A DNA stretch of 63,862 nucleotides, the filler included, from Hyphochytrium catenoides (taxonomy: Eukaryota; Protista; Hyphochytriomycota): the NCBI GenBank assembly GCA_900088475.1. It is 14 parts of 14 records of this genome, joined end to end, with 100 filler letters (N's around TTAATTAATTAA, not from the genome) between each part and the next. Parts side by side here need not be neighbours in the genome. Positions count along the whole stretch, not along the records: positions 24,442 to 36,453 come from FLMG01001017.1; 13 more parts are not named here. One strand, given 5' to 3'. Below the pieces are notes generated by a model. It saw nothing but the letters and a program-made list of their open reading frames with translations, was not told the DNA's origin and ran no database searches. Position numbers and translations under genes: made by a program. Each line of letters begins with the position of its first letter. The first letter of the stretch is position 1. Positions 24,513 to 35,306 of this stretch are shown in pieces.

Positions 24513-25500
24513 GCGTGTGTGCCTTCTGATGCGGTCCTGCTGTTGAACTGTCAAAGATTCTGATGAAAGATCTTTCACGAACAAAAGAAAGGAGAGAAAC
24601 AAAGCATTACAGCAGAGTCTACACTGCCGTTACCAGCTAGACATGTCAACCGCTAAACCCCACTATATTTTCTCCTTGAACCATAAACAACTAAAATGCG
24701 CCATAATACCTCTTGGCAATGAATAAAATAGGCGGTCATAGCAGATCCATATATGGACGATATGATTCACAATCAGGACGGCCCTGGATCGGCCGCCTGC
24801 TGTTTTATTAGGATAATTAGCACGACGAGCGCTGGGAAACGACCTTCCTCCCTCTTCTCCTCCTTCTGACAGCATCGCTGAGATACTTAGTGCTGTTATA
24901 TGTCTGTTGATGATGGAGACAGAGAGGAAGACGAAGAGTCACCAGCTAGGTCTTCCTCTTCTTCTGCCGTCGCTTCTTCTCCAAGAGTGATCGCTTCTTT
25001 CTCTCCAATTTGTTCCTTTCGTCTTCTTCTCGTTCTTATGAGTAGCCCGCGGTCTGTACGGGCGGCATTCTCTACTATAACTACGACCAGTGGTTGTCGT
25101 CATTATAAAAAGCAAGGTTGAGAAGCAGAAAGAAGTGACAATTAGCCAAGAACAGCGATGTTAAGGGAAGCACTGGGAACAATCGACACTTCGACACTAT
25201 AGCGAAAGAGAAGGGAAGACGCATCTCCTCTTCGTTCTTGGCCATCCTCATATAACGACTTGGCATGGCATTTGAGGACTAGGCAAAACAATTGGCTTGA
25301 ATGCCAAAACCGTCTTGTTGCATGATTGATTGCCAGATGGAGAGATTATAGGAAATGGCAATCAATGTTACTCTGGAGTTAAAAATATAGGACTTTGGAA
25401 TTGAAGCCTAGCAGGGAAGACGTACACGCGGTTACGATTCCTTCTATTCTTCCCCGTTCTTGGCTTTAGGTACATGGTTTCATGATGTTGCCGGCACTGT

Positions 25501-26541
25501 TCACTTCCTTCGTAGTGATCCATTGGAGGGAGATGATGGGATTACTGCGGGCGCTGAAGTCTCTTCCCAGGAAAGATGAGGAGAAGCTTTTGCGTCCTCT
25601 GTGTCGGGTGTGGGTATCTTTTCTGAGGTCGCTTCTAGAGCTGCACTCTGTTCTGGCGTCTCTGCTGCAAGAGTCTCATCCTCTTTCTCAGGAATGGTAG
25701 ACAAGTCTTCGTCGCTCGTAGCTTCATTAGATGGCGCGGTAGGCACTTCTTCCGCTGGCAAAAGAGGAGATACCGACCCCGTCTGAGTCTCGGAAATAGA
25801 AGAATCGTCATCATCTGACCACGAGAGAGCGATCTCAGCCTCTTCTCCAGGTGCCATCCTTCCTGCGTTCATAACCCTTTGTAGGATAAGGTCAAAGAGC
25901 CATCGCCCGTGGTTCTTTGGCAACATAGCAAACAGAGTGAGGATATCCTGTTTAAGAGCCTCTGAGCGGGAAGGAAGATCCAGAATGCCGAAGGTGGCAT
26001 AAGTAAGAGCATTCTTGAAAGCCTGGTTAGCACCCTGCGTCCATAGATCTCTGAAGAAGATCTTGATGGCCTCCACAAAGCCAGACTTCAGGAAGGCCCA
26101 AAGACCCTTAATCCCTCCCTTGCTAAGGGCATCAAAGATCTGTGTGATACCCCTCTGCAGATCAGGAGGAAGATTTCCAAAGATCTTTCTAAGCTGTTCC
26201 TGCTCTTCCGGCTTGAGGTGATCATAGATCTTCAGGAAGGTTTCGCGGCTAAACCTTTCTGTCTCTTCTGACGAGAGCACTCTTCGCTCGAGGTTAGGCA
26301 TCGAAAAGTCATCTTCCAGAAACAGCGTGAGGACGACCGCTGCCTCCTCATCAGTGAAAAAGTCAGAGCTCCTGTGAGCCTGTAGAGCTCGGACGACTGG
26401 GCTGTCTGCGTTATGCTGGATGTGGTACCGTGGCAGCAGGGCCAAGCTTCTATGTTGACGTTCTTCCGAAGCTGCAAAGGGAAAGATCGCGGTAGCTAAT
26501 AAAGCCACGAGGGCAAGGAGGAAGGCTGAAGTTGTCTTCAT
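25501..26541 (-). CDS. Secreted hypothetical protein, intronless, with a helical core and acidic low-complexity tail
   Basis: Long clean ORF. MKTTSAFLLALVALLATAIFPFAAS is a signal peptide. No family recognised. Confidence 0.75.
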   Translation of the reverse strand: MKTTSAFLLALVALLATAIFPFAASEERQHRSLALLPRYHIQHNADSPVVRALQAHRSSDFFTDEEAAVVLTLFLEDDFSMPNLERRVLSSEETERFSRETFLKIYDHLKPEEQEQLRKIFGNLPPDLQRGITQIFDALSKGGIKGLWAFLKSGFVEAIKIFFRDLWTQGANQAFKNALTYATFGILDLPSRSEALKQDILTLFAMLPKNHGRWLFDLILQRVMNAGRMAPGEEAEIALSWSDDDDSSISETQTGSVSPLLPAEEVPTAPSNEATSDEDLSTIPEKEDETLAAETPEQSAALEATSEKIPTPDTEDAKASPHLSWEETSAPAVIPSSPSNGSLRRK

Positions 26542-28333
26542 GGTGCTGACTGGGATATTGGCCGTTGATTGAAAGCAGACCCTGCAACGAACGTAGGTGT
26601 TGTGACTTCTTGGCAAAATGGGAAGTGATCGGGACGTAGCTTAGAAGAGAGCTCCAGGCACCTGAGCCTCAAAATCAGAGTTCTTAGAGTACTCGAGACC
26701 ATCCTCTACGTCCTCCATTAGACCAACCCTTCCAGTTCTTGCCTACCAAGCGGTCGGATGATGCATCATTGGCAGAGTTTGAATCTGTCAAAGTGCGGTC
26801 AGAGAGGCGGAGATTGGTCACAGACCGACTATTGAAAGGTCGCTTAGGCCACGATCTCACGGCATAATCTCGTCACTCTTGGGTGCTTACGACCTAGCAC
26901 AGAGCTGTAATAATAGATGGCAATTGACATCTGCCTCTCATTGCACATCATTTCTCTCATTTTGGCCCTCATCATCTCTTCGAGTGCTGTCTCTCTTCCT
27001 TGATGGACTACTGGGTGTCATCGTGGCCAAATCCTGAAATCTTGAGCCAGGTAGGTCTAGTCCTATCATCCCACACCACTGACCCAGCGCCTGCCTCCAA
27101 ACCAATGTCCTACTCTCCTCTTCTACTCTCATACTCGTACACAAGCTGCAGATATTCCTCTTCTTTGAATAACAAGTATGCCAGTCTCCCTGCTGAGATC
27201 ACTCCTCCTTCACAGCCCCTGCCCAGTCTACCCTTGGTCTTGATAAATGATGAGGCAGGAGGAGGACCAGCCAGCCAGCCAGCAGGCAGCATCACTGGGC
27301 GCCATCAGCCCTCAGCCATCAGAGTTGATGCCCATCAAACCTGCTGAAGATCTTATCCAAGGCTCCAGACAGTTCAACAACAAAATCCATCCTTTCCATC
27401 AGCCGCTTTTTTCCAGTGACCTGGCTCTCTTTTATAAAGCCTCACCAGGAATAAGAACAAGGTCCATTCTACTTTATAGTGAGTACCACTATTACAAGGT
27501 TCTATCTTGTTATTATTTCCTTAGGATAGTTATTATAATAATATTGAACCTCAGTAATAATAAACCAAAGTAAAGAGTTTGATAATGCAATTTCTCAAGA
27601 CCACTATTTGTCCCGCCACAACCCCTTCACTCCTAGCATAAAAGGACGGAAGAGTCAAAATGTATGGGCGGACTTTCCTAAATTTCTAAAAATTGCTTTT
27701 GGTCAGTTCTTAGTGTTAGACGATCTTCCACGGGTATATACAGTAAAGTCTTCATCATCGGCCGAAGGGTCGCGCCTACATAACCTTTGGTCTCTTACCT
27801 AATAAATAGTCTGATTGAGCCATCATTGATCTGGGTCTACAGCGTCCTCAAGAGGACATTCAGGACATAAGAATCGCCTCTCCTGCTGTTCATAGAGTAC
27901 GAGGAACTACGCTTACATTGTGCGGGAGAGACAGGGAGAGGAGAGAGGCTACGGACGAGGAAGGTGCCTGATCATAACGCCAACAGATAATAGCAGCGCT
28001 CTCTCAAACCGTCCATCGCGATATCGGTGCTTTTGGCTTGCTATCTATCAATGAACTGGTAGAGGAAAGAAGGCTAGCCTTTCTGTCTTCGCACGTTACT
28101 TTAGCTGACTTCATAGACGATAGATAGCAGAGCTGAACTGCTCCTCGCGTCGTTAGTTTGAGAGCGCCAGCCTTTATAACTGATCTGTTTGGCTAAAGCG
28201 TGGCTAGGGCCTCTTAAAGTCTAGAGGGAGAACACCGGGTAGGTGTCTATTAGATGCATGGGTCGGCAGTGTATGTCAGGAATGGGATCTGTTATCCCTC
28301 ATATTGAAAGCTGAATCAGAGATGCATCTTGTT

Positions 28334-31300
28334 CTACATCTCTGCCATAATAATAGAGCGAGGATTGTGGTCGTCCGCAGACTTTCTACTGCTTGCTTTT
28401 CTCTGACGGGCAGGTCGAGGTGGGGAAGAGCGAAGGACAAGCTCCTCAAGCGACTGAATGCGCTGTGCTAACTCTTCCAATCGGCGCTTCATGCTGCTGA
28501 CCTCCGCCTGACAGCTCTCCAGTTCCTCAGCTTGGGCTTTCACTGACTCTACAAGCACTGCAGAGAGCCGCGAATAGGCTACACCCTTAAAACCTTAAGA
28601 GGAGAGATCAGAACAGGACCAAGTGTCAGGAGCCGTTAGATTTGAGGGCAGCACTGGCCATCCACTTGAGCTGCAGAGGGAGCGCAAGCACGTTCCATCT
28701 CAAAGGCACGGCCCCAACTTAGTTCAAATGGGGTTCACGTCAGCCCTTGGAAGGTCAATGCCATGCTCTGCTCCGACCCCCCTATTTCTCTTATCTAGAC
28801 TTTCTCGGTAGAGCTCTTGGTGTTCCTCTCCTTATCTCACTCTGTCCTGCCCGCCCAACGCCAGCCTTTACAGTCTTTGTCCAAAGTGCGTACCTTTACT
28901 ATCTGTATGAACCACCTCAGGAAGAATTGCTTCCACCTGCTGCGCGATAAATCCGACCTCCACTGGCCTCTGTTTCTCATGTTGCGTTGAGGCTTCTCCA
29001 TCTATGTCTAACTCTTCCTTTTCTCCTTTGGCACGGTCTTTGAGGCGGTAGCGGACCCCTTGAAGCTTCTTTACAGCCTCAAGCGCTTCTCTACCGCTAA
29101 TATCTTGGATGTCTGTTTTTAGTCTGCGATCGCTACTATCAATGTATGCTCCGCTGCCGATCACTGGTCCATCAACGGAAAGATAGCCCGATATAAAGGC
29201 GCCTAAAGAGAGATCGTAACAGAAGCAAAGCAATGAGAGATAGCAAGCGACGGATCCATCCATGAATCATGCTTTCCCTTGTCCTATCATAGCCCTTCTC
29301 TCTCCCCTCGATCTTCATTCCCAGTCGAGGTATGTCTTGGCACTGCCACTTCAACTACCACCATTTCTGAGTAACAGATAATTCACTCGTTTCTTTTGCG
29401 TACCATTGGAGACTGCAATCATGTTGTCCACGGTAATATTCTTGGCCGCCACATTCACTCCTTGCATGGTTCCACCACGAATGTACGCGTTCACCAGCTC
29501 CGCTGTAGAGCTATCTATGGTGCCAGACAATCTGGAAGTGCGAACGCCTTCAACATGCAATGTATCTGACTAAAAGGTGATAACGAAAGGAAGGGACAGG
29601 TCAAGAAACTGCCTTGCTCAGACAAACTGGATTGTCCTTGAGTTCTCAGTTGCTCCTATCCATCCACATCATCTTGTCCCTCTTCAGGGGTATAACTTGT
29701 ATTCTCTTCTGCAAACACTCCCATTGGCTCAGATCACCCTACCTGCTCATCGAAAGAGATGCTTTCAAAGGCTCTAAGACGGCCCCCCTTGGAGAAGAAT
29801 GCGCCGATCAGTTTATCAGACGAAGGCACTGACCCAACCAGCAGGTCGTTTGCCTTGAAGGAGAAGGGACCTAACCAAGGTCAGCAAGGGTCAGAGAGTA
29901 CTCTGGGAAAGATGAAGAGGCATGGAGCGATAGGCTTAGCACCATGGGATTAAAAAAATATAAAGAAGGTTTGTGAATAAGGAAAATGCAGCTCCGTAGA
30001 TCTCAAGTTGACTGGCATAGAGTTTCAGTGCAAGGAAGGAATAAGGAAAATGCAGCTCCGTAGATCTCAAGTTGACTGGCATAGAGTTTCAGTGCAAGGA
30101 AGGAACAATAGAAAGCAGCCTGGCCGGCGTAGAATATACACGGCTATGGCCAAGACAAGGAAGCTAGGGGAGACAAGTCGCTTTACAGTTCAAGGAGCAG
30201 TATGATGGCTCGAAAGATGCAGGCAGACTTTCATCGAACGACTAGACAAGCGGTTAATGAGGTGCCCGACCTATATCCAGGTGGTTTGCTGCTGTGAGTT
30301 CCTTCACGGCTTGGAGCTTTCCATCGCCAACAGATGTGGCGGTCAATGGCCGCCAAAGCGTTCCATCGAAGACGAAGAGAACAGTCACACCTAGACGGAA
30401 GAACGTTTTGCAGGTAAAGTCAGGTGACCTCCCACCTCGTTCTACAAGCGTCCTTATTTTTGTAAATATCCCAATTCTGCCTCTGAAAGCAACCATCCTC
30501 TGATCCGCCTCTCTAAACAGGGTCGTACATACCTGCTGGAATGCTGTTTTTGGTTGCAGAGTCTAGCCCATCGTTCTTGTCGTTGTTCTAGGCGAGAGAA
30601 GAGGGGGAGAGAGCAACCAGACATTGGTCTTCCTTTTCCAACCGGGGTCATGCTCCTCCACTCGTAACGCTGGCACTTAGAATTCAACATCTGGGCGTCT
30701 TCTCTTATCGACATGGACTAGCTTTCACCCTTTTAGGAGAGAACCGCGTCCAGTAATGCTGGTTCTAAAAGGTTCTCTCCTGGATTTTGTCCTTTGCTGA
30801 CACGGCTTTTCTACTGTGCACTACTTCCTGGTTCGGAACCCTACTGACGCCTTTCGTTCCTGCACTCTCTTAGCGATTAGTTACCTGGACAAGGAGCAAC
30901 TGTCCCAATTTGGCGCCAGTTTTCTCAATCTGAACGGCCATTTCTCCGTCCTTGCCATCATCTTGGATGACCACGTAGCTCTTGTTGCAAGGAATAATCA
31001 AACGGCCATCCGGCCCACTGGCAAGTGATATCGAGGCGGATACGGACAAAGGTGGAAATACCATATGAAGAAAGAAAGATACGTTAATAGGCAATCTTGA
31101 AAGACAGACAGAAGAGGTCCACAGAGAAGTTGACTGGGTTCAATAACGGGACAGTCAGACTAGAAACAGTTGATGACCACTAAAATGACAGTTGAGAATG
31201 CACACCAAAATTGCTGAAAAAGACGTCCAACCTCGTGACAGTCCGCGGAGAGACAAAGTCGGGGATAAACACAGCTCTTCCTTCTGCAACTAGATCTCCG

Positions 31301-34300
31301 GCAGCGATGACTCTCTCTCCTCTCAATTTTCCGGTGGTAAATATCTCTCCGTTACTGCTTGCCCTTAGGACCAATTCCCCATTGACTCTTCCTTGCAAAA
31401 AGTCAAAGAGAGGAGTGTCTTTCCTAGTTGCCGAGGCGTTGGCTTCAAGCAATAAGCTGGTACCCACAAAGTTTGGGCTTCCGGCGGTCACCTGTATGCA
31501 TAGAAAGAGACCCAGCAGGTCTAGAGTTGGAAGAGGCCCCTCTAGGTAAATGGACGGAAAGCAAGCACAAATCGAGGGCGGTGATAAAGGGAAGATTGAA
31601 CTGATAGAAGCCCAAGGAGAGAGCAAGGAGGGGTACTTGCCAATATCCATTACCTTAAGCACTGTTGCTGCTGAAGTGTTGCTCCTTACGGTGAGCCCTC
31701 CGTCATGGATGGCAAAGCCTCCTCCTTCTATGGAAAGACCGCCGTTCTCGATTGTCAATCCCCCTTTCCCCACTCTAACGCCTCCCTCAGCTACAGCGAG
31801 TCCTCCAGATAGAAGCGAAAGGCCACCTGCATCTACGGATAACCCTCCGCTATGGATCTGTACTGCCCCGGATCGCCGAACCTCGAAGACCGGTTTGTTA
31901 TCAGCAGTCGCTTGAATTAGAACACCATTGCCTGGCCTGCGATGATTTGAAATCGTGATAGGAGCAAGCATAAGGGAGGCTGCCAAGGGGTACGGATGGG
32001 CAAAAAGAGAGTGGACAGATATCACGTCGAAGAAAGGCGCTAGGGTCAGAGATAGAGGTATGAAGTCCTGAGAGTGAAGTGTCGATGCAATTTTCCAGAG
32101 CAGAAGCCAGCATCATATGAAAAGAGGATATATCAGGAGGGCTATTTGAAGAGGAGAAGCGGGGAAAGGAGCTAGTGGGCTTACGCTGTTCCTGGCACTT
32201 TGATCTTCAGCACAGGTCCAGAAAAGTCCTTATGAAGGGCTTCTACTGCTAGTGAAGGAGCGTTGGAGGAGCTGGAAGAGAAAGTAGCCCGTCCATTCAG
32301 TACTTCAAGGGACCTGGAACAGGTGGTGAGTCGACCTATTGGTCTCCGTTTTATTTACCCCTTCATGCTCTTTTTACATATAGGCCCTCCACCTCCTTAC
32401 CCTTCGGATAGAGTGAGGCCACCTCTCTTCACTGCCACCTTCCCTTCCGTAGTAAGAGCAACCCCTGCACTATCTGGGCCTGTCAAAACAACGAGCAGGA
32501 GTATTAGACCAAACTGCCGGATGCAGAGAAGAAGCTGGCAAGTAACAAAGATCGACGGACGATGGAAAGGTAGCGGACCTGTCATGTCCTTGTAAAGAAA
32601 AGGAAAAGAAAAGCGTTAGGCACCCTCCTCCTACCGAAGGTGGCCCCTCCTTGGGACACTGTGAGACCCTCTCCAGCTACAATCCTTCCGCGGCTGGAGA
32701 GAGAAAAGATCGATTTCCCGTTTCTCTCCGCCGCTATGATATCGGACTCTTGGGGTTTGCCAGAGGTCGAAAGAGAAAGAAGAAGGGCTGGTCCCTGGTC
32801 CAGAGATTCGACTTCAAGCGCAGGCCCGGATAGTCTTCCCTGAGAGATTTTGGCTCCCCCTTCTCTGACCTCAAGCGCCGTGTGGCCAGGGGTCCCATAG
32901 ATTATGGCCGTCCCCTGAGACCATGGTGGCAGCCGAGGTAGGGAAGACAAGAAGAAGAAGAAGGACAGTTAAGATCAGTGATAACCTCCTGGGTCCTGGT
33001 CCTTGGCATGTCTTTAAGTTCTTTACCTTGCGGACTTCCAAGTCTCCTCTTTCAATGATTTGACCGCCCTACCGTAGGAATGAAGAGTTATGTTAGACAG
33101 GGAGGCTGAGATGGGTGCAAAGAGCGGACTACCTGCTTGATGACAAGGGAACCTCGTTGAAGGTTAAGATGTCCTTCTCCTGTCACTTCCACTACCGAGC
33201 CAGCCGCATTCTCCATTAGCAACATCCTATACGTTGATGACGGCTAGACAGGTGGGATGCGTTAGCAATCATGGTCGGCCTGCCCCTTGTTCTCTCTTCT
33301 TGCTAGCTTGTACCTGTCAGCTCTCTGGCAACTGCTTATGCTTCCTCCCTCTCTCCTTTCCCATCTCCTCTTCCTGCTGTCGCACTGTCTTTCTGTCAAT
33401 CATTCTCTGGCTCTCTTGTCTCTCACTCCCACACCCTCTCTTTATCTCTCGAAGTGCTCGTACCCATTATTACTCGAGCCTCGATAACCTTCTCTGTCAA
33501 TAGCTACTCCCTTCCCCATGGACGGCATTACCTCTCTGTCGGCTCTCACTCTCAGGACAGAGCCCTCAAAATATGGACTATCAGCGTGTGCGAGGAGCTT
33601 TTCTCCTTTGTCCAAGTTATCTCCACAGGCTGCCCCGCGAAATCCCTTCTCACAGAGGCATCGTCCTGTCTTCGGATCACAAGCTCCATGCTTTGAACAG
33701 CTGAGGTAACCTAACGAAGGGGAAAGGGTCAGTATATTAAAAATGCAAATAAAATGCTCTTAGATCGTGAGAGTCAGAGGACAGGATTTAACCCAGATAA
33801 TTGGGCGACAGGAGAGACATAAAGCGGCGCTAAGGGCGGTACAGCCTAGCGTGAACGCTGGCATTAGGTAGACAAATGTAGAGAACTGTGGATAGAGTGA
33901 TGCTGAAGACTTGGTAGGAACGACGAGAAAGCGAGCAAAGGAATATTGGAAATGTAGAGAAAGAATTGGGCGACGATGGGAAGGCAAGCAGTTTGAAGAA
34001 CCCTTTACGGGAGCTCAGGACAACAGAAGGTTGGATGGCCGAAGGTGGGGGGTGGATGACGGACGCAGCGGACGTTCAAAGACCTTACGTACCAAGGACT
34101 CCGTCCTTGACGACGTCTTCTATCTGGCACTTTATGCCTAGCGGGTTTCCATATCCATTGTCGTCGTACTCGCATGAGAAGTGAGAGAGAGGTGGGTTGC
34201 CCTCATGGTAGTGTACGTTATTCATCATGGGGCTCTCTGGGTAGGAGAGTAGAGTAACCAGGTAGCTGCCCGTGCCTTTTGCAGCGTCAAAGGATTCTCT

Positions 34301-35306
34301 GACGCAGCGCTGGGAGAGAAAGATGCAACCAAGGAAATAAGGAGAGAGCTCAATAATGCATATAACTTGCGAGACAAAGGGAACCAACGAGGAATGTCGC
34401 CCGGTAGGGAACTACAGACAGCAAAGAGCTAGAATAAAACTTCGAAGATTCATGAGCCGCGAGCCAAAGAAAGGCAATCTGCTTATTCTAATCTAGCTAG
34501 CAGTGGCCAGAACACGCAAACAGACGGAGAGGAGAGGAGAGGCAACAGTTCGAGCACGCCTTAGCTGGCATTCCTCATGATGGTGAGGAGACTCTGGAAG
34601 GAAATCAAGGGAAGACGGAGATCCTTGCGACACCTACCAGACCATTAACTGTCTCAAGTCTCCGAAGGCTGGCAGTGCACGCCGAGTCCCCAAGCTTGGA
34701 GGCGTTAGCCTCAAAGTAAACGTTGTCCATACCGAAGGTAAAGCGGAAGAGCCCCGTGATCGCGTCTGCGCCGCTTGCAATGGAAGTCTTGAGGCGAATA
34801 GTGCGATGGTTGGTCTCCGTGGCGAAAGGGTCAGGACCTCGGGGACAGAGCTCTGGAAGCGAAAACGAAGTGTAAGTGGCAGGTAGAGAGAGACCCGCGA
34901 GGGCCAGAGGAAAAAAGAGCCCGGCAGAAAGAGTAAAAAGTCCAGCAGTGAAGGTCTAGCTAGTTCTTAGAAAGGAGTTGACAGAGCAGCAGGTGTGGAC
35001 GAGGGAGAGCGAACATACAGACAGGGGATAGCGATAGAGGATGAGGCCGCCGCCCTTAGAGTTACGACGATAAACGAGTGGAGGCAAGGTAGAAGTTCCC
35101 TTTGTGCTATGCACGACGACGAGCTTACTTTCAGAGCAGTCATCGGTCACATAACCAGCCTTGCAGATGCATCCCGTATCCGTGCAGAAGCCATTGCCAC
35201 TGCAATCGTTGGGGCACACCGCCCCTTCAGCCACCGCCCAAAGCAGTGAAAGGGACAGAATAAGGGCCCATCCGGCCATCCTTCGGCCTCTGACTTGCCA
35301 TGCCAT
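28334..35306 (-). CDS. ~1,050-aa secreted protein: EGF-like modules + Gly-Gly beta-repeat stalk + C-terminal Peptidase S74/intramolecular chaperone autoprocessing domain + coiled coil (18 exons)
   Basis: Phase-compatible GT-AG exons (approx.): 35306-35129, 34852-34639, 34309-34093, 33710-33532, 33243-33133, 33068-33027, 32916-32635, 32479-32401, 32313-32185, 31936-31654, 31491-31232, 31017-30885, 30587-30533, 30391-30272, 29869-29743, 29570-29403, 29201-28894, 28593-28334. Motifs: CPNDCSGNGFC..GCICKAGYVTDDCSEKLCPRGPDP; CSKHGACDPKTGRCLCEKGFRGAAC; SSDRRLKTDI...VGFIAQQVEAILPEVV...GVAYSRLSAVLVESVK. Confidence 0.85.
29975..30105. repeat. Perfect 64-bp tandem duplication within an intron
   Basis: GAATAAGGAAAATGCAGCTCCGTAGATCTCAAGTTGACTGGCATAGAGTTTCAGTGCAAGGAAG begins at 29975 and again at 30039. 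Confidence 0.9.

Noticed and set aside
28334-29263. Prophage or bacterial contaminant as the source of the S74 domain
   Set aside because: The domain is itself split by a GT-AG intron and is joined in phase to eukaryotic EGF exons. No other phage genes are nearby.
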